A DNA stretch of 63,901 nt, filler included, from Octopus bimaculoides (taxonomy: Eukaryota), in the NCBI RefSeq assembly GCF_001194135.2. It is 7 parts of 7 records of this genome, joined end to end, with 100 filler letters (N's around TTAATTAATTAA, not from the genome) between each part and the next. Parts side by side here need not be neighbours in the genome. Positions count along the whole stretch, not along the records: positions 12,170 to 27,878 come from NC_068999.1; positions 27,979 to 35,137 come from NC_068990.1; 5 more parts are not named here. One strand, 5' to 3'. A model generated the notes under the pieces. The model worked only from the letters and a program-made list of their open reading frames with translations. It did no database searches and was not told where the DNA came from. Below, piece by piece: positions 24,273 to 34,895 of the stretch. The first letter of the stretch is position 1. Every line of letters begins with the position of its first letter. The position numbers and the translations under genes are program-made.

Positions 24273-24556
24273 TGAAATGTATAATTTATCTCTTTCTCGC
24301 CCTCCGTCCTTTGTCGGGTTTTCTCTTACGTCCTGCAGGTTGTCCAGCGAAAACCATTCACCCTCTTGACCAAACTAGCTTGGTAGGGTTACCGCTTTAA
24401 TCACCGACGGACTGACCATGACAGAGATTAAAATAGGGATGAGAAAAAGAAATTATACATTTAGACATTGGGTTCATCTCCTATGGACAGTCTTCGATTT
24501 TTTCCATCCAAGGGTTTCTTTTTTTAACCCCAATATTTACACACCATTAATTATAG

Positions 24557-24810
24557 CAGTGATTCTCAACCATTTTCTGCCTATGGATCCCGTTGATTCC
24601 TGTTTTACTCCACTGGATCCTCACCCCCATGTTAAAAAAAAAGTCCTATTGTATTTTTATTATTAAATACCATTAGGAATTATATTTAAAAAATTGTAAA
24701 GATTTTGATCATTGTTGAAATATAACCAATTTATTGCACATAAACTTTAGCAACAAAGTCTTATATGGACCCCTACCAAGGACCATACGAACCTCGGTAG
24801 AAAATCCCTG
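24557..24810. mobile_element. hAT/Charlie-type MITE
   Basis: CAGTGATTCTCAACC (24557-24571) and GGTAGAAAATCCCTG (24796-24810) form a 12/15 inverted match; no intact TSD. Confidence 0.6.
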
Positions 24811-25072
24811 TGGAGTCAAAACAAAAACACTTTGACTGCGACTCCTCTACTATTGGCACCTCCGACTCCGACTCATTTTTACGTAATTAAGTGATTGTGG
24901 TCTATACATCTCATAAAAGCATATGCATACGTTTGTACTTTGAATAGGCCTCTATGTTAGAACTGGTTTATATTAAAGAATAAAGATATTGTGAGTCGGA
25001 GTCGGTAAAAACTCTACTGACTCCGACTCCAGCTACCCCTTAATTGTTTCCGACTCCGACTCCACAGCCCTG
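24808..25072. mobile_element. hAT-type MITE with GACTCC/GGAGTC subterminal repeats
   Basis: Right end CCGACTCCGACTCCACAGCCCTG (to 25072); left end CTGTGGAGTC lacks its outer bases; multiple GACTCC hexamers inside. Confidence 0.65.
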
Positions 25073-25592
25073 GTTTATAAGTTTATCTGCTTCGTGTTCC
25101 ACCTTTTAAAATGTTTTATAAAGATTTCTAAATATTTTATAATCTTATAGTTAAAATGCTTTCGCTGATTCGGACTTTATAATAATATTTCAGTAGAAGT
25201 CTGACAGTTTAGACTCTTCTGCTATTCATGAATGAGATAGATCAGAAGTGGAAGCCATTTTAGGCGAGATTCCATTTATATAAACTTCAATTTCATTTCA
25301 AAATGGGTTTATCACACACAGTGTGTCCGAGTGAAATTGCGAAAAGTGCAACCTCACATTTGAGAAGCAGGGTGAAGTAAAGGTCAGCACGTCTAATTAA
25401 GTGCGAGGTTGACCTTCTCCAGGGCTTCTTTCTCCATTGTAATAATAACAAACGCGTTGAACCTTCACAGCGGAATCAGAGCGGAGAACTGAATCTAAAA
25501 ACGGCTGCCAGTCCAGGAAATAACAAAGAAAGTGACCAACATACAACTTACATATACAAATACATACATACACACACACACACATATATATA

Positions 25593-25653
<61 letters not shown>

Positions 25654-25766
25654 ATATGCTTACCTACCAACTTCAGCTAGTAATACCGTAATGGGAAAGC
25701 TTTATACAAGAAACACCATTACACTTCTCCACCTCCCTTACTTCACCCCACCCTACTCAGATCCAT

Positions 25767-25797
<31 letters not shown>

Positions 25798-26081
25798 ATT
25801 TCTAAAATAGCGATAATTGAATTCCAAAGTCTCTGAAGTTTGTGCTAGCGATTTCCATAAATTTCTGTCACATTAGCTGCTGGTTTAAATATGGAATCTA
25901 AGATTAGATTTGTTCATAAAACCGAAGGCAATTTAGCTGACTGAATGAGACTCCACTTCCTCCTCCTCCTCTTCCTACTACTACTACTACCACCACTGCC
26001 ACCACGACTGCTGCTGCTGCTTTTCCGTTGCGGTCGGTTCGTTTCTCGCTTGGATGATTTTACGTGGATGTATCTTTTATC

Positions 26082-26757
26082 TTTTACTTGTTTCAGTCAT
26101 TTGACTGCGGCCATGCTGGGGCACCACCTCGAAGAGTTTTTAGTCGAATGATTCGACCTCAGTACCTTTTTTGTTAAAGCCTGGTACTTATTCTATCGGT
26201 TACTTTTGCTGAATCGCTAGGATATAGGGACATAAAAACACCAACACCGGATGTCAAGCGCAGGTGGTGATGGTGGTAGCATGTGTGTGTGTGTGTCAAA
26301 CACAGATACAAAGACACATACCCAAAGATTATATATATCGTTGCTATTATATGAAAGTGTAGACCAAATTTGTCCAAATGCGGTTTTTTTCAATTTTTAT
26401 TCTTGTATGCAATATCCTGTTCTTTTGGTTAAACTATCGTATCTCCAGCTCCTTCCAATGCCAAGATATCAAAAATTGTCAAAGTGTAGTACAACGGTTT
26501 TGCTATGGAATGGTGAAACTATTCTTTCGTTTTCTGAAAAAGCAACGTTTTGGACTTACGACACTTTTGCATAATAGCAACACACACATACACACGACGG
26601 GCTTCTTTCAGTTTCCGTCTATCAGATCCACTCACAAAGTTTGAGCCGACTCGAGGCTATAGTAAAAGACAGTCGCCCAAAGTGACACGCAATGGGAATG
26701 AACCCAGAACCATATCGTTGGGAAGCAAGATTCTCACCTCACAGCCACGCCTATGCC
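26082..26757 (-). mobile_element. SINE family B, split (tail ~26082-26260, head ~26590-26757)
   Basis: Reverse-complement matches to both halves of 21086-21510, separated by microsatellite plus ~250 bp of other DNA. Confidence 0.75.
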
Positions 26758-26771
26758 TAAAAGAACTGACG

Positions 26772-26844
26772 TAGTACGCGTAGGAATCGAACCTACGCCA
26801 CTTATTTTTGCGATCAGTGTGCTGATCGATTATACCAACATACC
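26772..26844 (-). pseudogene. tRNA-like cloverleaf (73 nt), probable tRNA pseudogene or SINE head
   Basis: GGTATGT TG GTAT-AATCGATCA-GCAC A CTGAT-CGCAAAA-ATAAG TGGC GTAGG-TTCGATT-CCTAC GCGTACT A. Acceptor stem is fully paired (3 G-U) and the T arm is perfect. D and anticodon stems each have one mismatch, and position 33 is G rather than U. Confidence 0.65.
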
Positions 26845-27312
26845 TGCCTATCTCGTGTATCTCGTGTTTTTTGTTGGAGTTATTATTATTTAGAAATAAA
26901 TATTTCTCATTGAATTGCAGTTTTATAAAATTTTAGCCACGCTACGTTTAAAATGTAAGCATATTTCAAATTAATGTAATGAATTACCTGTTTGTTTCGT
27001 TTTGATGTTCTTTTTTGCTCTTTGTTTTTTTTTTTCTTACTTTTTCTGAGGGAGAATAATTTGGGGATTGTCTTGACGAGTTTCGTTCCTCTTTAGAGAC
27101 TCACCGCACGTAAAGGGTGTTATTTGACAGCTCGTTATATCATAAACTAATCAAAACTTAGCTAAAATGGACAGTCTAATTTCCATAATGGTGTCGATCG
27201 TTGGCAACGTTATTAATTAATTAAGCATTATACAGAATGCAAATTATACTGGCCAAAAATTATTCATAACTCATTTTCTCTATTCAAGTGATCGGGATGT
27301 TTTGCAAGATTA

Positions 27313-27356
27313 AACTATGCTAATGAGGTCTAATAGACCGAAACATGTCCATAGTT
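27313..27356 (+). ncRNA. Type I hammerhead motif with a G5-to-A core substitution (probably inactive)
   Basis: AACTATG CTAATGA GGTC taata GACC GAAAC at GTC CATAGTT: 7-bp helix I, 4-bp helix II. Confidence 0.75.
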
Positions 27357-28341
27357 AACCCTTACCGCATAGCAAATACCAAGCTTTCCTTCTCCCGAGC
27401 ATGTAAATGTGCATTGAGTGATTAATTGTTAATTTTTTTGAAATTATTACCTCTTGTCTTTAGCAGACATTACCATATGCCGTTGTCTTTTAGTTTGCAT
27501 CCTCCTACTAAGAGAGAAATTTCGATTATTTGGGAATAATTTCGTACACAGCATTTCAGTACTCCATCAGGTTTTAGCTGAAGACAAATATGCTGAGCTC
27601 CAGATGAAAGATACAACATGGAAATAAAAGCACACACACACACACAGCAATAAACTACGTCTCTATTAAGAAAAGAAGTAGATCTGAATATAGAATGGAA
27701 AAAAGGAACATATATTTAATATAGTATACAAACAAGCAACGCTACAACACTCAGAATCTCCTGAACGGAATTCAGAGAAGTCTATACTCATAGCTTGCCT
27801 GGAAACTCCGAGTATTGTATGTAAGTGATCTATCTATCTATCTATCTATCTATCTATATATATATATATATATATATANNNNNNNNNNNNNNNNNNNNNN
27901 NNNNNNNNNNNNNNNNNNNNNNTTAATTAATTAANNNNNNNNNNNNNNNNNNNNNNNNNNNNNNNNNNNNNNNNNNNNATGTTTGATCCTTTATATTGAA
28001 CACTCAATATTTCATCTACATTCAATACTTTCTTTCATGGTGCCATCCATTTTTATTTTATTTTATTTTATATTGTATATTGTATATCATATTATATATT
28101 GTATATTCCATATTCTATACCCCACATTAGTTCTGCAGGAATATAAATAAAACATAAAAAACAGAGAGTGTTGGAACTCTTTTAAGCAAAATAATATATT
28201 CCTCTATACACAATCATACAAAAAAACCCACCTTTTTTGTATTTATTTTTACTCGCATATATATATATATATATATATATATGGGAGGAATTGGTATCCA
28301 GAAGACCCAAGGTGGCAGGTAATGCTATGTAAGTGCTATGG

Positions 28342-28384
<43 letters not shown>

Positions 28385-28715
28385 TGGTTGCTTACTGATT
28401 TAAATATTGTAGCTGTTACTAGTGCAGTTGTTATCATTTTATGCTGATACCCGTGTGGAAGTTGAGCTTGTCGTATCAGAAGCAGCGGAGGAATTCATGC
28501 TTTCGCCTTCTGTTGTGGGTTCTACCCACAAGCTCTCAGGTGGCTGTCATCGCCACATATATGACATATAGTTCGTCTGTTCTCCTCTGTGACTTGGATT
28601 TCTACCCTTTTCGGTAGCTGAATTAGTCTTTTCAAAGTATTCTGGTTTCACCTGTAATTGAATACACTCGTTTTATTTCGAACCGATTCTTCCGCCTCTT
28701 GTGGTGGCAGTGGCG

Positions 28716-29000
28716 ATAGTTTGCTTACATTTACTCACTGCTTCGCCTGCTTTATTATCACCATCCAATTCTCCCTTCAGCTAGCTGGCCGTTAAAGGCA
28801 CATTAAAATAACTTTTAGATAACATTAAAATTAATGTTATTCGAAAACAGAACTTTTCAGTATTTCTTCAAATACTTTGCCCTGTAGGGGTAAGAGAGAA
28901 CGGGGCCCAAGTAACTAACGAAGGTTCTGGTTAGTTAAACAAATCGTCCCCAATGATCATAAAAATCACGCACAATACTCCTGTGTGTGTTGCTTGTAAA
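28716..29000 (+). repeat. 285-bp direct repeat, copy 1
   Basis: Identical by eye to 30042-30326. Confidence 0.95.
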
Positions 29001-29049
29001 TTCATTAACAACGGTAATGACATCCACCACAGCTACAGCAACAATAATA

Positions 29050-29390
29050 ATTCTTTCTGCAATAGGCACAAAGCTTTAAATTTTAAGAGAGGGGCTTAGT
29101 CAATTAAAAATTGACCCCAGTACTCAACTGAAGCTTATTTTTTTAACTACGAAATGATGAAAGGCAAAATCGACCCTGAACAAATTTAAAGTCAGATAAC
29201 ATCATCAACAACAAAACAATAATAATCCTTTCTAATAATCCATTGACCCCAGTGTTTACTTAATTTATCGACTCCGAAAGGATAAAAAGCAAAGTCGACC
29301 TCGGCAGAACTGGAACTCAGAACGTAGCGGCAGACGAAATATCGCTAAGCATTTCGCGCGACGTGCTAACGATTTTGCCAGCTCGCCGCC
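29050..29390 (-). mobile_element. SINE family A copies (two partial, tandem)
   Basis: aaagtcgacctcggcagaactggaactcagaacgtag...gccagctcgccgcc. Confidence 0.8.
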
Positions 29391-29422
29391 TTAATAATAG
29401 TGATGATGAAGATGATGATGAC

Positions 29423-29461
<39 letters not shown>

Positions 29462-29619
29462 AAGAAGAATAACAATAAGAATAATACTAATAATAATACT
29501 AATACAAAAACATGGCACTTATCAACCACCGTAATCATAATACCGGCTTGAACTTGTAACTTGTAAGACTTCGAGTCAACTTGGATAAGCACAAAGCAAA
29601 ATCCAAAGAAATAATAACG

Positions 29620-29679
<60 letters not shown>

Positions 29680-29682
<3 letters not shown>

Positions 29683-29965
29683 TCCTGATGCAATACCAAG
29701 CAGTGGTTCATATGGCTTCTTGTCTTAACTGATTGGAAGTGTTATGTACATTGTGTTGTTTTGGTATAAGTCATGGGCGACAGTAAATATTCTGCTCAAT
29801 ACTACACTTTTGCTTATCACTTGTTTGACCTTAACCAGTTGAGCATGTCTCTTGGTGGCTGCCGATATGTGCATCTCTAATCACGAACAGAAGTAGTGGG
29901 GGAGCATCATAGCCCTGTGTTGAGCGGAATTCTTTGGGGTTTGAATAATTCACCTTTGAGACAAG
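29680..29965 (-). mobile_element. Interspersed repeat with a (TTA)n tail, unclassified retroposon 3' end
   Basis: Non-coding block abutting the long (AAT)n at 29615-29680. I recognise it as a high-copy repeat but cannot classify it. Confidence 0.4.
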
Positions 29966-30041
29966 CTTCGGAAAGCCCCGTTTGAAGAACGGTGACCAGA
30001 CCCACTCACCGTTAACGAAACGCTGAAGATGTCTGCGCATC

Positions 30042-30326
30042 ATAGTTTGCTTACATTTACTCACTGCTTCGCCTGCTTTATTATCACCATCCAATTCTCC
30101 CTTCAGCTAGCTGGCCGTTAAAGGCACATTAAAATAACTTTTAGATAACATTAAAATTAATGTTATTCGAAAACAGAACTTTTCAGTATTTCTTCAAATA
30201 CTTTGCCCTGTAGGGGTAAGAGAGAACGGGGCCCAAGTAACTAACGAAGGTTCTGGTTAGTTAAACAAATCGTCCCCAATGATCATAAAAATCACGCACA
30301 ATACTCCTGTGTGTGTTGCTTGTAAA
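30042..30326 (+). repeat. 285-bp direct repeat, copy 2
   Basis: Identical by eye to 28716-29000. Confidence 0.95.
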
Positions 30327-30329
30327 ACG

Positions 30330-30895
30330 GCAGTTGATAGGAGATGTATCGTCTGACGAGCGGAACAGGTCTCTTCCATAGAAAGTAGAAAAGCACGCGC
30401 TCCAACAATATCAGGCATGAAATGAGGCAGGGGACAACTGTCAGGCGGTAGTAGATGATCGAATCGCAGGGACAATTCCACTCTGCCCATTTCTTGGTGA
30501 GATTGGCTACACTGCTCGTCTCCTCCCTTAGTCATTGTTCACCAGGAGGTCTGGAGCAAATAAGACCCTGAGAAATTTAACTGGTCCTTCCGTACAGCGC
30601 CCTGCAACGCTGTTTGTTGGTATGGACCTGCCTCTCCAGGTGTCAAGCTGCAGGCCTACCGACTTCTCCTGGTTGATCTTTGCTACAGTTTTATTAAAGT
30701 GTCTCTGTTGTTGCCGTTGCTGTTGGGGTGCGATGTAGGCTGCAATGTTTTGGGTCAGAAGGCTCTCAGGTGGATTGTGACCTCAGAGATGTCGCGTCTG
30801 GACTTCCTGCCTTCCACAACGACACGCAGTTCCACCCCGTTGGGCAGCTGGATTAGGTCCGGGATCTTCTCGATATTCTGGTTTTACATGGATTA
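30330..30895 (-). mobile_element. Tx1/L1-like LINE ORF1 (gag-like) fragment with a decayed CCHC knuckle
   Basis: IEKIPDLIQLPNGVELRVVVEGRKSR-R-DI-S-EVTI-H-LRAF-*-PK. The CX2CX4HX4C positions read CGC, TCT, CAC, TGA; the three Cys positions are each one substitution from a Cys codon. Confidence 0.55.
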
Positions 30896-30911
30896 ATATT
30901 TCCATTTTGAA

Positions 30912-31000
30912 AGGCGGCGAGCTGGCAGAAACGTTAGCACGCCGGGCGAAATGCTTTGCGGTATTTCGTCTGTCTTTACGTACTGAGTTCAAATTCCACT
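30912..31000 (+). mobile_element. SINE family A head
   Basis: ggcggcgagctggcagaaacgttagcacgccgggcgaaatgc...gagttcaaattcc. Confidence 0.85.
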
Positions 31001-31021
31001 CTCATGCTACAATTCAAATGA

Positions 31022-31280
31022 ATTGGAGCATTAGAAGCAGTTTCCAAGGATTTTGAAAAACATACTAAGAATATTGGAGCTCCTATCAGGTTCGAGGTGA
31101 TCCAGAAGGCAGCAGTCTTCGGTACAGCTCGCATTCTAAGGAGTATTGTCTCTTTGAGTCACAGGAGACGGCACTACTTGAAACTTTGGGAGATTTGTTA
31201 ATGCCTGATTTCAAGTAAAGAATAACCGGTAATTAAGAACTATCTGAGAGTCTTTCCGAATAACAACAGTAATAATAACA
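31022..31280 (+). mobile_element. R4/Dong-like non-LTR element 3' end
   Basis: IGALEAVSKDFEK...IQKAAVFGTARILRSIV (C-terminus of a restriction-like endonuclease), then an AAT-rich tail. Confidence 0.7.
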
Positions 31281-31589
31281 ATCCTTTTATGTTTTGGCGC
31301 AAGGGAGGATTGGTCGACTACATCGACCCCAGTGCTCAATTGGTGCTTTTATATCAACCCCCTAAAGAATGAAATATATATTTTAGCACAAGATCATTTT
31401 GGAGAAATGGCCAAATCGATTGCCCCCCCTACCTACAATGCAAATTCAATATCTCTAACAAATGTATCTTTAAAGTTTTAATTTTTTTTCAGTGCAATTA
31501 AAGCTATTTAGTGTTTGTTAAGTTATGTAGATTTGACGTAATTTATTCTAGTTTACACTTAAATATTTCTTTTTTCTTTGATTTTCAAG

Positions 31590-31725
31590 GAAAGCTTTCA
31601 GGGCGTCTGGAATTTTAATTCCTTTGCTTGGTATAAACTACCTCCTCTTTATTGTAAACCCGGGGTCCACACCAGCTTCAAAAGAAGTGTTCAGCTATAT
31701 CATTGCTTTCCTGCAAGCCACCCAG
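31590..31725 (+). CDS. Exon of a class B1 (secretin-family) GPCR, CRF/DH44-receptor-like: TM6-ECL3-TM7 start
   Basis: ttttctttgattttcaAG acceptor and CAG|GTAAGT donor. One base plus 45 codons, KAFRASGILIPLLGINYLLFIVNPGSTPASKEVFSYIIAFLQATQ, compared with vertebrate CRHR1 [25 protein letters not shown]...FLESFQ (recalled). Confidence 0.93.
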
Positions 31726-31956
31726 GTAAGTGGATATTTGTATTTTAATGCCTCACTTTGTTACCCATCAGTTTATCTGTTTTCTAAAAACTACCCAAGA
31801 TCATTCATGACCGAGTGGGGTCTTGACCATTTGCTCTTTATCCTTTACATACATACACGCATACATACACACATACATACGTACATGCATACACACATAC
31901 ATACATACATACATACATACAAACATACATACATACATACATGCAGACAAACAAAC

Positions 31957-32070
31957 AAAAATACCTTGTTGTTGATGTTGAAATTCCAGTGAAGGAGCCT
32001 TGGATCTAGGTTAGAAACCGGTTCTTTTTCTTTTGGCAAGAAATCTTGAAATAAAACTGAACAATGACAT
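31957..32070 (+). mobile_element. 3' UTR tip of an R4-like element embedded in (TACA)n
   Basis: 114-bp diverged copy of 32521-32634, flanked by TACA repeats on both sides. Confidence 0.7.
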
Positions 32071-32120
32071 ACATACATACATACATACACACATGCATGA
32101 ATACATACTTATATACATAC

Positions 32121-32634
32121 ATAAAGCTGAAGATCAATGAAAAAGTGAATACCTTAGATGAACTATTGAGAAATCTGCCGTTACTATATCCAGATTACAA
32201 GTTCAGGTTTATACCTGTAATTATTGAGGGCTCTAGGATATGTAACACACTGGCTAAACACCAATCTTGAGAAATTAGGCTTCTCAAACCAGAAAGGAGA
32301 AAGCTAATTCAAAGACTACAGATCCAAGCCATCGCTGGAACTGTAAAAAATTGTGAAACTTTCCAAAAGTTTATCATTTAAGTATATATGAGCATATCAT
32401 ATGAGCATGTCTAGATATGCTAGCATATGCATCAGAAGACATACATAAAACAAAACTTACAAATCAGCACGTATGCATACACACACACATACATACATAC
32501 ATACATACATACATACATACAAAAATACCCTGTTGTTCATGTTGAATTTCCAATGAAAGAGCCTTGAATCTAGGTTAGAGACCGGTACTTTCTCTATTGG
32601 CGAGAAATCTTGAAATGAAACTGATTAATGACAT
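32121..32634 (+). mobile_element. 5'-truncated R4/Dong-like element (REL C-terminus plus 3' UTR)
   Basis: IPVII(G)ALGYV...LQIQAIAGTVKNCETFQKFII* with frameshifts; begins in and ends at TACA repeats. Confidence 0.75.
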
Positions 32635-32643
32635 GTATACATA

Positions 32644-32968
32644 CATGATGATGATGGCCGTCCACTCGTGACCGAGGAAGACCATTGCCAACCTTCAGGA
32701 ACATTGTGCGCTCTAGGACTAACTTACATTTTGCATTTACGGCTCCGTTGGTGGCTAATGAGCCCTGCCCTTGATAAGCATACACGACTGCAAACATTGC
32801 AGATTAAGCTTTCCCCATTCGCTATACGAGCCGTGCGCTTTCGCGCAGCTCGCTTACGTTCTTCATGCTGGATACGTGCTCTCTCAAAAGTGTCGATCCC
32901 CTCCTTAACCTGCTTCCGCCATCTGTGGCGATGACAGGCATTGTTCTCCCAGTCAGTTTCCTGCATAT
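32644..32968 (-). mobile_element. RTE/BovB-like LINE 3' end
   Basis: DWENNACHRHRWRKQVKEG...LICNVCSRVCLSRAGLISHQR* (C-terminal Zn-finger-like), ending GGACGGCCATCATCATCAT; 5' part lost in the gap. Confidence 0.85.
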
Positions 32969-33922
32969 NNNNNNNNNNNNNNNNNNNNNNNNNNNNNNNN
33001 NNNNNNNNNNNNNNNNNNNNNNNNNNNNNNNNNNNNNNNNNNNNNNNNNNNNNNNNNNNNNNNNNNNNNNNNNNNNNNNNNNNNNNNNNNNNNNNNNNNN
33101 NNNNNNNNNNNNNNNNNNNNNNNNNNNNNNNNNNNNNNNNNNNNNNNNNNNNNNNNNNNNNNNNNNNNNNNNNNNNNNNNNNNNNNNNNNNNNNNNNNNN
33201 NNNNNNNNNNNNNNNNNNNNNNNNNNNNNNNNNNNNNNNNNNNNNNNNNNNNNNNNNNNNNNNNNNNNNNNNNNNNNNNNNNNNNNNNNNNNNNNNNNNN
33301 NNNNNNNNNNNNNNNNNNNNNNNNNNNNNNNNNNNNNNNNNNNNNNNNNNNNNNNNNNNNNNNNNNNNNNNNNNNNNNNNNNNNNNNNNNNNNNNNNNNN
33401 NNNNNNNNNNNNNNNNNNNNNNNNNNNNNNNNNNNNNNNNNNNNNNNNNNNNNNNNNNNNNNNNNNNNNNNNNNNNNNNNNNNNNNNNNNNNNNNNNNNN
33501 NNNNNNNNNNNNNNNNNNNNNNNNNNNNNNNNNNNNNNNNNNNNNNNNNNNNNNNNNNNNNNNNNNNNNNNNNNNNNNNNNNNNNNNNNNNNNNNNNNNN
33601 NNNNNNNNNNNNNNNNNNNNNNNNNNNNNNNNNNNNNNNNNNNNNNNNNNNNNNNNNNNNNNNNNNNNNNNNNNNNNNNNNNNNNNNNNNNNNNNNNNNN
33701 NNNNNNNNNNNNNNNNNNNNNNNNNNNNNNNNNNNNNNNNNNNNNNNNNNNNNNNNNNNNNNNNNNNNNNNNNNNNNNNNNNNNNNNNNNNNNNNNNNNN
33801 NNNNNNNNNNNNNNATATATACATGTGTGAGTGTGTGCGTGTGTGCGAGCGTGCGTGCGTGTGTGTGTGTGTATGTGTGCGTGTGTGTATGTGTGTTTGT
33901 GTGCATGTGTGTGTGTGTGTGT

Positions 33923-33953
<31 letters not shown>

Positions 33954-34764
33954 CATCTCACACTTCGAAACTGAATGATTAAATTATACAGAATCCAGAA
34001 AACCGTAATTATTGTGAGTAGCCCATCATTGGTGTCTTCTTCGTATCTATTTTCTGTTACTAAATGATGGCATCCGACAAGGTTGAGCGAAGTTCTAATA
34101 ACTAACAAATTGTCGCGGAAAATAAAGCCAGGTGCGTCTATCGAAGTCAGTGAATGTTGGAATAGCATTGAAAACTACAATTCACGGTTCTAGCATACTC
34201 TGCCAACACTAATTATCTAAAGTAGAATTGTATGTATGTATGTATGTATGAGTGTATGAGTATGTGCGTGTGTGAGAGTGTGCGTGAGTGTGAGTGTGTG
34301 TCTGTTTGTGTGTGTGTGTGTGTGTGTGTGTTTGTGTTTGTGTGTGTGTGTGTTTGTGTGTGTATGTGTGTGTGTGTGTGGTGAAGTTTTGTTTTGGTGA
34401 AACAGGTAATAGAATTAATTAAATCATAGTTTGACATTTTAACTCGTACTTTCGAACACTTTCAATTCTTGTGTACAGATGGCTTCCATCATTTTCATAT
34501 CAAGTTCATTTAAAATGTCTGGCATATGGGGAAAAAAATAAAATCCAAAATTTCTTTCATAGCGTTTTTTATACCTATTCTATATATTCGTTTTAAGAAC
34601 GCATTTTACTCTCAGGGGCTTCTTTCATTCGTTACTATTCTTATTCTCGTTTTTCCCAATGCAAATCAAAGTTAGTGGGAAGCATTATAAATTAATATTG
34701 TATAAAATATAACTTCACATTATAAGCCTGAGAAATTCTGCAGAACTTTTATTTTACATTTCAG

Positions 34765-34806
34765 GGTCTATTCCTCGCAATTCTTTATTGCTTCATGAAC
34801 AGCGAT
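34765..34806 (+). CDS. Exon of the same class B1 GPCR: TM7-helix 8 start
   Basis: attttacatttcAG acceptor, 42 nt encoding GLFLAILYCFMNSD, GTAAGT donor. Matches the conserved class B GxxVxxxYCFxNxEV motif and the phase of the preceding exon. Confidence 0.95.
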
Positions 34807-34816
34807 GTAAGTAACC

Positions 34817-34895
<79 letters not shown>

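Noticed and set aside
25876-25900. ag|C TGC TGG TTT (CWF) as the GPCR ECL2 exon
   Set aside because: In-frame TAA after CWFKYGI.
27776-27820. Segment before a strong GTAAGT that would give EVYTHSLPGNSEYCM|KAFRAS as ICL3
   Set aside because: The phase fits the 31590 exon, but there is no polypyrimidine tract, an in-frame TGA lies just upstream, and the TM5 half is missing. Worth only a junction-read check.
28830-28960. HDV-like ribozyme in the 285-bp repeat (minus strand GGGGAC...AACTAAC/GTTAGTT...GGGCCCC)
   Set aside because: The hairpin is too long for P3, and no P1.1/P2/P4 arrangement or catalytic C context was found.
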